Positions 56,399-64,000 of a DNA stretch of 64,000 nucleotides are shown piece by piece. The translations under genes were made by a program, and so were the position numbers. Origin of the DNA: Solirubrobacteraceae bacterium (GTDB lineage Bacteria > Actinomycetota > Thermoleophilia > Solirubrobacterales > Solirubrobacteraceae); contig JBMFHK010000001.1 of NCBI GenBank assembly GCA_049976865.1, positions 31,259 to 95,258 of the forward strand, written 5' to 3'. The notes beneath the pieces are model-generated. The model worked only from the letters and a program-made list of their open reading frames with translations. It ran no database searches and was not told the DNA's origin. Every line of letters begins with the position of its first letter. Within the stretch, counting starts at the first letter, position 1.

Positions 56399-57705
56399 GC
56401 ACTGTGACCAGCCCATTTGCCACCATCGAAGCGGCGGTTGAGGATCTCCGTCAGGGCAAGATGGTTGTGGTCTGTGATGACGAGAACCGTGAGAACGAGG
56501 GTGATCTTACGATGGCCGCCCAGTTCGTCACCCCGGAGGCGATCAATTTCATGGCCAAGGAGGGGCGCGGCTTGATCTGTCTTGCGCTCACGCCGGAGCG
56601 CTGCGATGAGCTTGGTCTGAACCTCATGGCAGCCAAGAACGAGTCATCGTTCCAGACCTCGTTCACCGTATCAATCGAGGCGCGCACGGGCGTGAGCACC
56701 GGCATCTCCGCTGCCGACCGGGCGCGCACCATCCAGGTCGCCATCGACCCGGCCAGCGGACCGCGCGAGCTGGTTCAGCCCGGCCACGTCTTTCCGCTGA
56801 AGGCCAAGCCCGGCGGCACGCTGGAGCGGGTCGGCCAGACCGAGGCGGCGGTTGATCTGGCGCGCATCGCGGGTCTGGTCCCAGCCGGGGTGATCTGCGA
56901 GATCATGAACGATGACGGCAGCATGGCGCGCGTGCCGGATCTCACCAAGTACTGCGCCAAACATGGCCTGAAGATGATCACGGTGGCTGACATCGTCGCC
57001 TACCGGCGGCGCACCGAGAAGCTCGTCGAGCGGGTCGTCGCGACCAACCTGCCAACCGCTTTTGGAGACTTCGTCGCCGTTGGCTACCTCTCGCTGGTGG
57101 ACGGCAAACACCACTTGGCGCTGGTTAAGGGTGAGGTGCAGGGCGCCAAGAATGTGCTTGTCAGGGTGCACTCGGAATGTTTGACCGGCGACGTGTTTCA
57201 CTCACTGCGATGTGATTGCGGCGACCAGCTGGAAGCGGCGCTGCGAATGATCGAGGCGGAGGGGACCGGTGTGCTGCTGTACCTCAACCAGGAGGGTCGT
57301 GGAATCGGCTTGCTCAACAAGTTGCGCGCCTACAAACTGCAGGAGGAGGGATTGGACACCGTTGAAGCCAACCTTCGCCTTGGACTGCCGGCGGATCTGC
57401 GTGACTACGGGATCGGTGCCCAGATCCTGGTTGATCTGGGACTCACCTCCATCCGGCTTCTCACCAACAACCCGAAGAAAATCTCCGGGCTTGCCGGTCA
57501 CGGCCTGTCAGTCACCGACCAGCTTCCGATCATCCTCCCGGCAAACCCCTACAACCAGGAATATCTGAACACCAAGCGCGACAAGATGGGGCACATGTTG
57601 CCGGGGCACCATCATGAGCTGGCGCTCGAGGAGGAACTGTTCCACGACGGTGCCAGGTCGACACGCTCCCAAGCCCAGCGTGAGGATGATCGCGGTGAGC
57701 GGTGA
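56395..57705 (+). CDS. ribBA: bifunctional 3,4-dihydroxy-2-butanone-4-phosphate synthase / GTP cyclohydrolase II
   Basis: Contains [11 protein letters not shown] and [24 protein letters not shown]. Confidence 0.95.
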   Translation: MSTVTSPFATIEAAVEDLRQGKMVVVCDDENRENEGDLTMAAQFVTPEAINFMAKEGRGLICLALTPERCDELGLNLMAAKNESSFQTSFTVSIEARTGVSTGISAADRARTIQVAIDPASGPRELVQPGHVFPLKAKPGGTLERVGQTEAAVDLARIAGLVPAGVICEIMNDDGSMARVPDLTKYCAKHGLKMITVADIVAYRRRTEKLVERVVATNLPTAFGDFVAVGYLSLVDGKHHLALVKGEVQGAKNVLVRVHSECLTGDVFHSLRCDCGDQLEAALRMIEAEGTGVLLYLNQEGRGIGLLNKLRAYKLQEEGLDTVEANLRLGLPADLRDYGIGAQILVDLGLTSIRLLTNNPKKISGLAGHGLSVTDQLPIILPANPYNQEYLNTKRDKMGHMLPGHHHELALEEELFHDGARSTRSQAQREDDRGER

Positions 57706-58162
57706 GGAGCGCCTGGCAATCTGTGTTGCGCGGTTCTATGAAGAGCTTGCCGATTTGCTTGAACAGAGCGCACGTGAGGCTCTTGAGCAGGCCGGTGTCA
57801 GCGCCGTTGACCGGTTTGCGGTGCCCGGCGCCTTTGAGCTGCCGCTGATCTGCCGCTATGCCGCTGAGAGCGGCCGCTATCAAGCGATAGTCGCGCTGGG
57901 CGCCGTTATCAGAGGCGAGACGGATCACTATGACTACGTGTGCGGCCAGACAGCCGCCGGCATCCAGCAGGTGCAGCTGCGAAGTGGTGTGCCGATCGGT
58001 TTCGGTGTTCTCACGGTCGACACGATGGAGCAGGCGCGGGCCAGGGTGAGGGGGGGCGCAAAGCGGGACACTGCCGTACACGCCGCGCACGCGGCGCTGG
58101 CGTCACTGGCGGTCAGACGGGAGCTCGCGCAACGGCCGCGACCAGCCGGCTTTGCGACATGA
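57686..58162 (+). CDS. ribH: 6,7-dimethyl-8-ribityllumazine synthase
   Basis: Contains VPGAFELP and [13 protein letters not shown]. The start ATG at 57686 overlaps the ribBA end by 20 nt. Confidence 0.9.
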   Translation: MIAVSGEERLAICVARFYEELADLLEQSAREALEQAGVSAVDRFAVPGAFELPLICRYAAESGRYQAIVALGAVIRGETDHYDYVCGQTAAGIQQVQLRSGVPIGFGVLTVDTMEQARARVRGGAKRDTAVHAAHAALASLAVRRELAQRPRPAGFAT

Positions 58163-58590
58163 ACGCCAACGCGCCTGACGACTTTGATCGCGCTGCAATA
58201 CCGGCTGTGCCCGCGGTTGAGGAGCTCGTCCAGATCGGGGCGGCGGCGGGCGCGCTGGGCGTCAGTGTCGACACGCTCAGGCGCTGGGAGCGGGCTGGTC
58301 GGGTGTTATTTGAGCGCCGCGGGAACCGCCGTTACATCTCCGCTGCGCAGCTTGCCAGGCTTCTGCATGATCGAGGTGCTCACAGCAGCTCAAGCGCCCG
58401 CAACCATCTTGCAGGCGTTGTTGTGGCCGTCAAGCGTGACGGCGTGATGGCTCAGATCGATATGGTCTGTGGGCCGTTCAGGGTGGTGTCCTTGATGTCC
58501 CGTGAAGCCGCCGACGATCTGGGGCTGGAGGTAGGTGTCAGCGCCACGGCGGTCATCAAGTCAACCAACGTGGTGGTTGAGCGTTTCTGA
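58159..58590 (+). CDS. MerR/excisionase-type HTH fused to a TOBE (Mop, molybdate/tungstate-binding) domain
   Basis: The HTH reads LVQIGAAAGALGVSVDTLRRWERAGRV. The C-terminal SARNHLAGVVVAVKRDGVMAQIDMVCGPFRVVSLMSREAADDLGLEVGVSATAVIKSTNVVV is a typical Mop/TOBE fold sequence. The start forms an ATGA overlap with ribH. Confidence 0.75.
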   Translation: MNANAPDDFDRAAIPAVPAVEELVQIGAAAGALGVSVDTLRRWERAGRVLFERRGNRRYISAAQLARLLHDRGAHSSSSARNHLAGVVVAVKRDGVMAQIDMVCGPFRVVSLMSREAADDLGLEVGVSATAVIKSTNVVVERF

Positions 58591-58648
58591 GCGGCTGACC
58601 TAGCCGCAAACCCTGCGTGGCGCACAACGTCCTATACTGCTGCGCTGT

Positions 58649-58840
58649 ATGTCAAAGGTCTGCCACGTATGCGCCAAGGGTCCATCTTTTGGCCACAGCC
58701 GCAGCCACTCGATGGTTGCCACCAAGCGCCGCTTTGATCCCAACCTCCAGAGGGTTCGGATCGACGAGGGCGGCACTCCGCGCCGTGTCTATGTTTGCAC
58801 GCGCTGCCTGAAGGCCGGCAAGGTCACCAAGGCTCGCTGA
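58649..58840 (+). CDS. rpmB: 50S ribosomal protein L28
   Basis: Starts [36 protein letters not shown]. It carries both CxxC pairs (zinc-binding form). Confidence 0.95.
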   Translation: MSKVCHVCAKGPSFGHSRSHSMVATKRRFDPNLQRVRIDEGGTPRRVYVCTRCLKAGKVTKAR

Positions 58841-58862
58841 GCCAGTTCGTCGCGCCTTTCCG

Positions 58863-60497
58863 GTGAGCGATCCAGCGATCCTTCGCTTCCGCGCTTTAGT
58901 GGAGGCGGGCCTTGTTGGGCTTGAGGCCCGCAGGCAGGAGGTCAACAACCTCAACGTTTTCCCGGTCGCTGACGGAGACACCGGCGACAACATGGTTCTG
59001 ACGCTGCGTGCCGTGCTTGATGAACTTGACCAGCTTCTGGAGAGTTCCGAGCATCACACGATCGACGAGATCGGTCGCGAGCAGATCGTCGAGTCGGTGG
59101 CCCGGGCCGCGCTGCTTGGTGCACGCGGTAACTCAGGGGTGATCCTCTCACAGCTGATCAGGGGTGCGGCCGAGGAGCTGGTCAGCCGGCCCGGGGAGCT
59201 GGTCGACCCCGTGTTGATCGGTGCGGCACTGGCGCGTGCCGCCGACCAGGCCTACGGATCGGTCCGGGAGCCCGCTGAGGGCACCATCCTCACCGTTGCG
59301 CGCGAGATGGCTACACGTGCGGCGTCTGAGATCGCGCACATGCCGCAGGCGCGTTTGCGGCCGGGGGCCACTCATGAGCAGCAGGATGCGGCTGCCGCCG
59401 AGATCATCGAGCGTGCGCTGCAAGCCGGCCAAGAGTCGGTTGCACGTGGCCCGGATCTGCTACCCGTGCTGCGGGAGGCCGGGGTTGTTGATGCCGGTGG
59501 TTACGGGCTGACGGTGCTGCTGGCAGGGATGGTCGGCTCGCTGCGCGGCGGCGAGCCTGTCCAGATCGAACGTCACGCTGCGGCTCGGATCACCCATCCT
59601 CAACACGTTTCTGCGACCTTTCGCTACTGCACGAACTTTGCGGTCACTGGCACACAGCTTGATCAGCGTGCCGCCGTCGAGGCGCTGGAGCGGCTGGGTG
59701 ACTCGGTGCTGGTGGTGGGCGACACCTCGACGCTGAAAGTGCACGTCCACACCGACGACCCTGATGCTGCTGTGGCCTGCTTCGGCGGGCGCGGCGCGAC
59801 GGTGTCAAGGATTGACATCGCCGATATGAACGTGCAGGTCAGGCAGCGCGACGCACGGCTGCTCAAGCGACGCTGTGCTGGGCTCGCGGTGGTCACCGGT
59901 GACGGGTTCCGTGAACTGTTTGAGGGGCTTGGCGTGTCTGTGATCGAGGGTGGCCCAACGCTCAACCCTTCCACTTATGACCTTTTGGCTGCGATCCATG
60001 CGGTCGGCTCCGAAGAGGTCGTGGTTTTGCCCAACAACAAGAACGTGTTCATGGCTGCCGAACGCGCAGCGCAGCTGGCCGACCAGGACGTGCACGTCGT
60101 TTACTCGTCATCTCTGCAGGCCGGGCTGGCGGCGGCGGTTGCCTTCAAACCCGATCATGGTGCCGATGTGAACGCTGCCGAGATGGCCCGGGTGGCCGAT
60201 GCGGTGCGCACCGGCGCTGTGGCTCAGGCGGCACGAGACGACGCTCAGGGTCGCTTCAGCGCCGGCGAAGCAGTGGGGTTTCTAGACGGCGAGATCGTCG
60301 CCTGGGGCTCGCCCCAGGCGACGTTGGCGGCGGTGATCAAACAGCTGGGCGCTGGCGCGGAACTGGTGAGCGCTCTGCGCGGGGTGCACGCGCCGCTGGA
60401 CGATGAATCGGTGCGGGCGCTGGCTGGGCACGAGGTAGACCTTGAGATCGGTTACGGCGGCCAGGCGGGTTACTGGTGGCTGTTGTCGGCTGAGTAG
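58863..60497 (+). CDS. DAK2-domain fusion protein, YloV family
   Basis: The N-terminal DhaL/DAK2 pattern (VFPVADGDTGDNM, GARGNSGVILSQ) is followed by a DegV-like C-terminal half. It sits in the conserved rpmB-yloV-recG neighbourhood. Confidence 0.8.
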   Translation: MSDPAILRFRALVEAGLVGLEARRQEVNNLNVFPVADGDTGDNMVLTLRAVLDELDQLLESSEHHTIDEIGREQIVESVARAALLGARGNSGVILSQLIRGAAEELVSRPGELVDPVLIGAALARAADQAYGSVREPAEGTILTVAREMATRAASEIAHMPQARLRPGATHEQQDAAAAEIIERALQAGQESVARGPDLLPVLREAGVVDAGGYGLTVLLAGMVGSLRGGEPVQIERHAAARITHPQHVSATFRYCTNFAVTGTQLDQRAAVEALERLGDSVLVVGDTSTLKVHVHTDDPDAAVACFGGRGATVSRIDIADMNVQVRQRDARLLKRRCAGLAVVTGDGFRELFEGLGVSVIEGGPTLNPSTYDLLAAIHAVGSEEVVVLPNNKNVFMAAERAAQLADQDVHVVYSSSLQAGLAAAVAFKPDHGADVNAAEMARVADAVRTGAVAQAARDDAQGRFSAGEAVGFLDGEIVAWGSPQATLAAVIKQLGAGAELVSALRGVHAPLDDESVRALAGHEVDLEIGYGGQAGYWWLLSAE

Positions 60498-60503
60498 CCT
60501 AGA

Positions 60504-61790
60504 ATGACCGGCAACGATCAGCTGATGACCGCCAACACTGCGAATCTTTCGTCGCTCGCGGGTAGCGCGTTGGTCGACTCCAACGGCGAGAAGCTTGGAC
60601 GGGTCCAAGATGTCATTGCGCGCCTTGATGCGGGCGACTCGTTGCCGCCGGTGGTGGGTCTGAAGTCGCGGATCGGCGGACGTGAGATGTTCGTGCCGAT
60701 CACGCACGTTTCCCAGCTGGGGCCGGCGGCCGTCAAGACGGCGACCACGAAGCTGAATCTGGCGCAGTTTGAGCCGCGACCCGGCGAGGTTCAGCTGCGC
60801 CGCGATCTGCTGGACCGACGGGTTATTGATGTCGCCTCAGCGCGGCTGGTTGCAGCCCACGAGGTTCTTCTGGCGCAGCAGGATGGTGTCTGGCGTGTGA
60901 CGGCGATCTACCCCAGTCTTAAGCCGCGCTTGTGGCGTCTGCTGCCCAGGCGGCTGCGAAGCGGCGACCTGGACCCGGCAAACTTCGTACCGTGGCACGA
61001 GATTGAGCCCTTTGTTGGGCATGTGGCAGGCTCGCGTCTGAAGTTGACCTCGCGTCGTCTTGCGCGGTTGCACCCAGCTCAGATCGCCGACCTTGTGGAG
61101 GCCGCCTCTCACGAAGAAGGTGAAGAGATCATGGCGGCGGTCGGCCAGGACAAGGAGCTGGAAGCGGACGTCTTTGAGGAGCTCAACGACGAGCATCAGG
61201 TCGAGTTTTTGCGCGAGCGCTCTGATGATGAGGTGGCGGGCGTGCTGGCTCGCATGGCGTCTGACGACGCCGCGGACCTGTTGCTGGAGATCGAGCAGGG
61301 CCGCAGGCTGAGCGTCCTGAACCTGTTGCCGGCGGGCAAGCAGGTGAAGATCCGCAGTTTGCTGGGACACAACCCGGCGACGGCAGGCGGCATGATGAAC
61401 CCTGATTTTGTGGCGGTTGATGCCGACGACACGGTCGCCAGCGCGCTGCGCAAGGTGCGCGCCAGTGAGATCGGCGTCCAGCTTTTATCGACGGTCTGTT
61501 TGGTGGATGGCGCCGGTGTACTGCTGGGCACCGTCGGGCTGGATCAGCTTATTCGTGCCGCTCCTGAAGCGAGCCTGTCCAGTCTGCTCGTTGACGAGGC
61601 GCAGACGCCGAGCGTCTCACCGGAGGAGGATCTCCCCGAGCTCGCACGTCTGATGAGCGACTACAACCTGATTGCGATGCCGGTCGCCGACGCTGACGGC
61701 AAGCCGGTCGGGATGATCGCTGTTGACGACGTGCTTGAGCTTCTGATCCCCGATGAGTGGCGCCGCCGTACATCGGGCGCTCGCCAGTGA
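60504..61790 (+). CDS. soluble PRC-barrel + MgtE-N + CBS-pair protein (MgtE cytosolic module without a membrane domain)
   Basis: Two PRC-barrel-like segments come first. The MgtE_N pattern follows (HPAQIADLVEAAS...MASDDAADLLLEIE...LLGHNPATAGGMM), then two CBS motifs. The protein ends at ...VLELLIPDEWRRRTSGARQ with no TM helices. Confidence 0.75.
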   Translation: MTGNDQLMTANTANLSSLAGSALVDSNGEKLGRVQDVIARLDAGDSLPPVVGLKSRIGGREMFVPITHVSQLGPAAVKTATTKLNLAQFEPRPGEVQLRRDLLDRRVIDVASARLVAAHEVLLAQQDGVWRVTAIYPSLKPRLWRLLPRRLRSGDLDPANFVPWHEIEPFVGHVAGSRLKLTSRRLARLHPAQIADLVEAASHEEGEEIMAAVGQDKELEADVFEELNDEHQVEFLRERSDDEVAGVLARMASDDAADLLLEIEQGRRLSVLNLLPAGKQVKIRSLLGHNPATAGGMMNPDFVAVDADDTVASALRKVRASEIGVQLLSTVCLVDGAGVLLGTVGLDQLIRAAPEASLSSLLVDEAQTPSVSPEEDLPELARLMSDYNLIAMPVADADGKPVGMIAVDDVLELLIPDEWRRRTSGARQ

Positions 61791-61996
61791 GTTGCCGGCG
61801 TCGGTGTGCCACTCGCCCTGCCGGGTTAGAATCGCACCTGATGGGTGATCAGATCCCACTCCAAGACTGTGATCCGCCGCGAAGTCGTCGCGCGACGGTG
61901 GTGGCGACGGTCGCTGCGGTTACTGCCTGCTAGGGCAGGTCTGGCACGGCCTCCTGCCCTCGCCGCTTGGCGCCAGCAAGAAAGGAGGTCGAGCAC

Positions 61997-63649
61997 GTGA
62001 TGACGACGAAACGTGACGAGCAGCTGACGGTCCACCCAACCAGGCAGCGCGCGGTGCTCGACCCAGCCCACGTCGGTGACATCCGTGGTGCGTTTGGAAC
62101 GATCCACCAGCATGAGGGCGCGGCTCACAGCGTCCGCGGGCGTGCGCTGGCGCTGCTTGCGATTGTCGGCCCCGGATTGATCGTCATGGTCGGCGACAAC
62201 GATGCAGGGGGCGTCGCCACCTACTCACAGGCTGGTCAGAACTACGGGCTGAGCCTTCTGTGGGTGCTGATCCTGCTGGTGCCTGTGCTGATTGTCAACC
62301 AGGAAATGGTTGTTCGGCTGGGGGCCGTCACCGGGGTTGGTCACGCGAAGCTGATCAACGAGCGGTTCGGCCGATTCTGGGGCTGGTTCTCCGTGGGAGA
62401 TCTTTTTCTTCTGAACTTTCTGACGATCGTCACAGAGTTCATCGGCGTCAGCCTGTCTCTCGGGTACTTTGGAATCTCCAGGTACGTTGCTGTACCTGTA
62501 GCGGCCGCGGCTCTGGTGGCGATTACGGCGAGCGGCAGCTTTCGAGTTTGGGAACGCTCCATGTTCGTGTTCGTGTTTGCAAACCTGCTGGTCATCCCGC
62601 TGTTCTTCATCGCCCATCCGCACTACTCGACGATCGCGCGAGATCTGGTGATACCAGGTATCCAGGGTGGGGCCAACTCTACGTCGGTGTTGCTCATCAT
62701 CGGCATGGTGGGAACCACCGTCGCACCTTGGCAGCTGTTCTTCCAGCAGTCCAACATCATCGACAAGCGCATCACTCCACGCTGGATCAACTACGAGCGG
62801 CTCGACACCTACGTGGGTGCGCTGGTTGTGGTGATCGGGGCTGCCGCGATCATCTCGGTTTCGGCGTCCGCCTTCCAACACACCGCCTACTTCGGTCAGT
62901 TCACCAATGCGGGCGCAACCGCATCCGCATTGGCCCACATCCTGGGATCCATCCCAGCAGCGCTGTTCGCGGTGGTGCTGCTCAACGCGTCGCTGATCGG
63001 CGCCGGCGCGCTGACCTTGTCGACCAGCTATGCGTTTGGTGACGTGTTTGGCACAAAGAGCTCATTGCACCGCAGCTTCGCCGACGCCAAGCTGTTCTAC
63101 GGGATTTTCAGCGGTCTGATCGTTGGCGCCGCACTGATCGTGCTGATTCCCGGCGCGCCCCTGGGCGTGATCACGCTGGCCGTGCAGGCGCTTGCCGGGG
63201 TCCTTTTGCCCAGCGCGAGCGTCTTTCTGCTGCTGCTGTGCAACGACCGGGAGGTCCTTGGTCCCTGGCGCAACCCGTTCTGGCTCAACGTGGTCGCAGG
63301 CGTGATCATCGCCATCCTGATCCTGTTGTCACTGATCCTGATGGGCACCACGTTGTTCCCGAGCGTGAACGTCACGGCGCTGGCACTGGCCGGCGGTGGC
63401 GCCTTGCTGGCAGGTCTGATCGCGTTCAGCTTGGTGGCGTTGCGGGGCCGACGTCATCTGGCTGCGGTTACGGGCAGCGAGCCGGCCTCTGCGATTGCAA
63501 AAGAGGACTGGACGATGCCCTCGCTGGCGCTGCTCGGCCGGCCGGAATGGTCGACCGGACGCAAGCTCGCGATGCTGACCCTGCGGGGTTATCTGCTGAT
63601 CTCCGTCGCGCTGCTGGTGCTCAAGGCGGTGCGGCTCGGTGGTGGGTAG
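61997..63649 (+). CDS. NRAMP/SLC11-family transporter with NRMT-type (Mg2+-type) binding-site substitutions
   Basis: About 11-12 TM segments. The TM1 motif is GDNDAGGV (canonical DPGN becomes DAGG). The TM6 motif is GTTVAPW (canonical GATVMPH, so Ala becomes Thr, Met becomes Ala and His becomes Trp). A strong SD (AGGAGG, 61983..61988) precedes GTG 61997 / ATG 62000. Confidence 0.8.
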   Translation: MMTTKRDEQLTVHPTRQRAVLDPAHVGDIRGAFGTIHQHEGAAHSVRGRALALLAIVGPGLIVMVGDNDAGGVATYSQAGQNYGLSLLWVLILLVPVLIVNQEMVVRLGAVTGVGHAKLINERFGRFWGWFSVGDLFLLNFLTIVTEFIGVSLSLGYFGISRYVAVPVAAAALVAITASGSFRVWERSMFVFVFANLLVIPLFFIAHPHYSTIARDLVIPGIQGGANSTSVLLIIGMVGTTVAPWQLFFQQSNIIDKRITPRWINYERLDTYVGALVVVIGAAAIISVSASAFQHTAYFGQFTNAGATASALAHILGSIPAALFAVVLLNASLIGAGALTLSTSYAFGDVFGTKSSLHRSFADAKLFYGIFSGLIVGAALIVLIPGAPLGVITLAVQALAGVLLPSASVFLLLLCNDREVLGPWRNPFWLNVVAGVIIAILILLSLILMGTTLFPSVNVTALALAGGGALLAGLIAFSLVALRGRRHLAAVTGSEPASAIAKEDWTMPSLALLGRPEWSTGRKLAMLTLRGYLLISVALLVLKAVRLGGG

Positions 63650-63705
63650 GCTCACTGCCTGCGGTCTGCTGTGGATAGGTCCGGCCATGGGTTCACAGTT
63701 TGGGT

Positions 63706-64000
63706 ATGGCGCGAGCGTTTGCGCAGTCCACAGAACTGACCGCTGAGCAGCTGCGCCTGGCGCCCGTGCGTCTGCCGCGCCCCGCGGTCTTGGATGCGGC
63801 GCTACAGCTAAAGGGTTCAAAGGCGGCCACAGCGGCGCAGGTGCTGGGCCTGAGTACGGTCGGCGATCTGCTTGAGCACCTGCCGCGTGACCGGCGTGAC
63901 GCCTGTGTGATTGCCGAACTGCAGATAGGCCAGACGGCGACGCTTGTCGTGCAGGTAAAACGGATAGCCGCACGTCCTGTACGCCGCCGCGGCATGCGTC
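63706..64000 (+). CDS. recG: ATP-dependent DNA helicase RecG, N-terminal fragment (3' end outside the window)
   Basis: The frame is open from ATG 63706 to the window end. AAQVLGLSTVGDLLEHLPRDRRD and then IAELQIGQTATLVVQV match the RecG N-terminal wedge-domain pattern. It is absent from the ORF track because no stop codon falls inside the window. Confidence 0.7.
   Translation, partial: MARAFAQSTELTAEQLRLAPVRLPRPAVLDAALQLKGSKAATAAQVLGLSTVGDLLEHLPRDRRDACVIAELQIGQTATLVVQVKRIAARPVRRRGMR

Overview
High-G+C (roughly two-thirds G+C by eye) chromosomal segment, Actinomycetota-like. Genes are tightly packed and mostly on the + strand, with many GTG/TTG starts and 1-8 nt start/stop overlaps. I saw no rRNA, tRNA or CRISPR array.

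Gene order:
- gltX (3' part), an HDOD-LuxR regulator, and a ppm1 / MptB-like mannosyltransferase pair (- strand).
- A complete IS4-family element with a 10-bp target duplication and a frameshifted transposase.
- An acidic hypothetical gene divergent from an atypical orphan OmpR-type response regulator.
- The dcw cell-division cluster: mraZ-rsmH-ftsL(like)-ftsI-murE-mraY-ftsW-murG-murC-murB-ftsQ. It has no murF or murD.
- A ~4 kb accessory insertion between ftsQ and ftsZ. It holds IS1380-like and ISL3-like transposase remnants flanking a Tyr-rich secreted protein gene and a lipoprotein gene.
- ftsZ, then gcvT-gcvH-gcvPA-gcvPB, an M20 peptidase, a rhomboid protease, trpS, scpA-scpB, rlmN (- strand) and rluB.
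- Two large GT-C membrane glycosyltransferases (- strand).
- An aromatic amino-acid block (aroH-type chorismate mutase, hisC-like aminotransferase, DAHP synthase, tyrA, aroA), then cmk, der, metK, priA, def-fmt-rsmB, a small four-CxxC zinc-ribbon protein and rpe.
- ribD-ribE-ribBA-ribH, an HTH+TOBE (molybdate-type) regulator, rpmB and a DAK2/YloV protein.
- A soluble MgtE-N/CBS protein, an NRAMP-related transporter with the Mg2+-type (NRMT) site signature, and the start of recG.

Most notable observations:
1. The IS-flanked secreted-protein/lipoprotein islet that splits ftsQ from ftsZ.
2. The pairing of a soluble MgtE cytosolic-domain protein with an NRMT-type NRAMP.
3. A 25-codon Tyr/Trp/Phe-rich leader ORF plus a long stem-loop upstream of the DAHP synthase gene (candidate attenuator).
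4. A well-formed promoter upstream of mraZ with three (G/A)TGGG boxes at 10-bp spacing.

Many long ORFs in the supplied track are antisense or out-of-frame artefacts of the high G+C content, and I rejected them.
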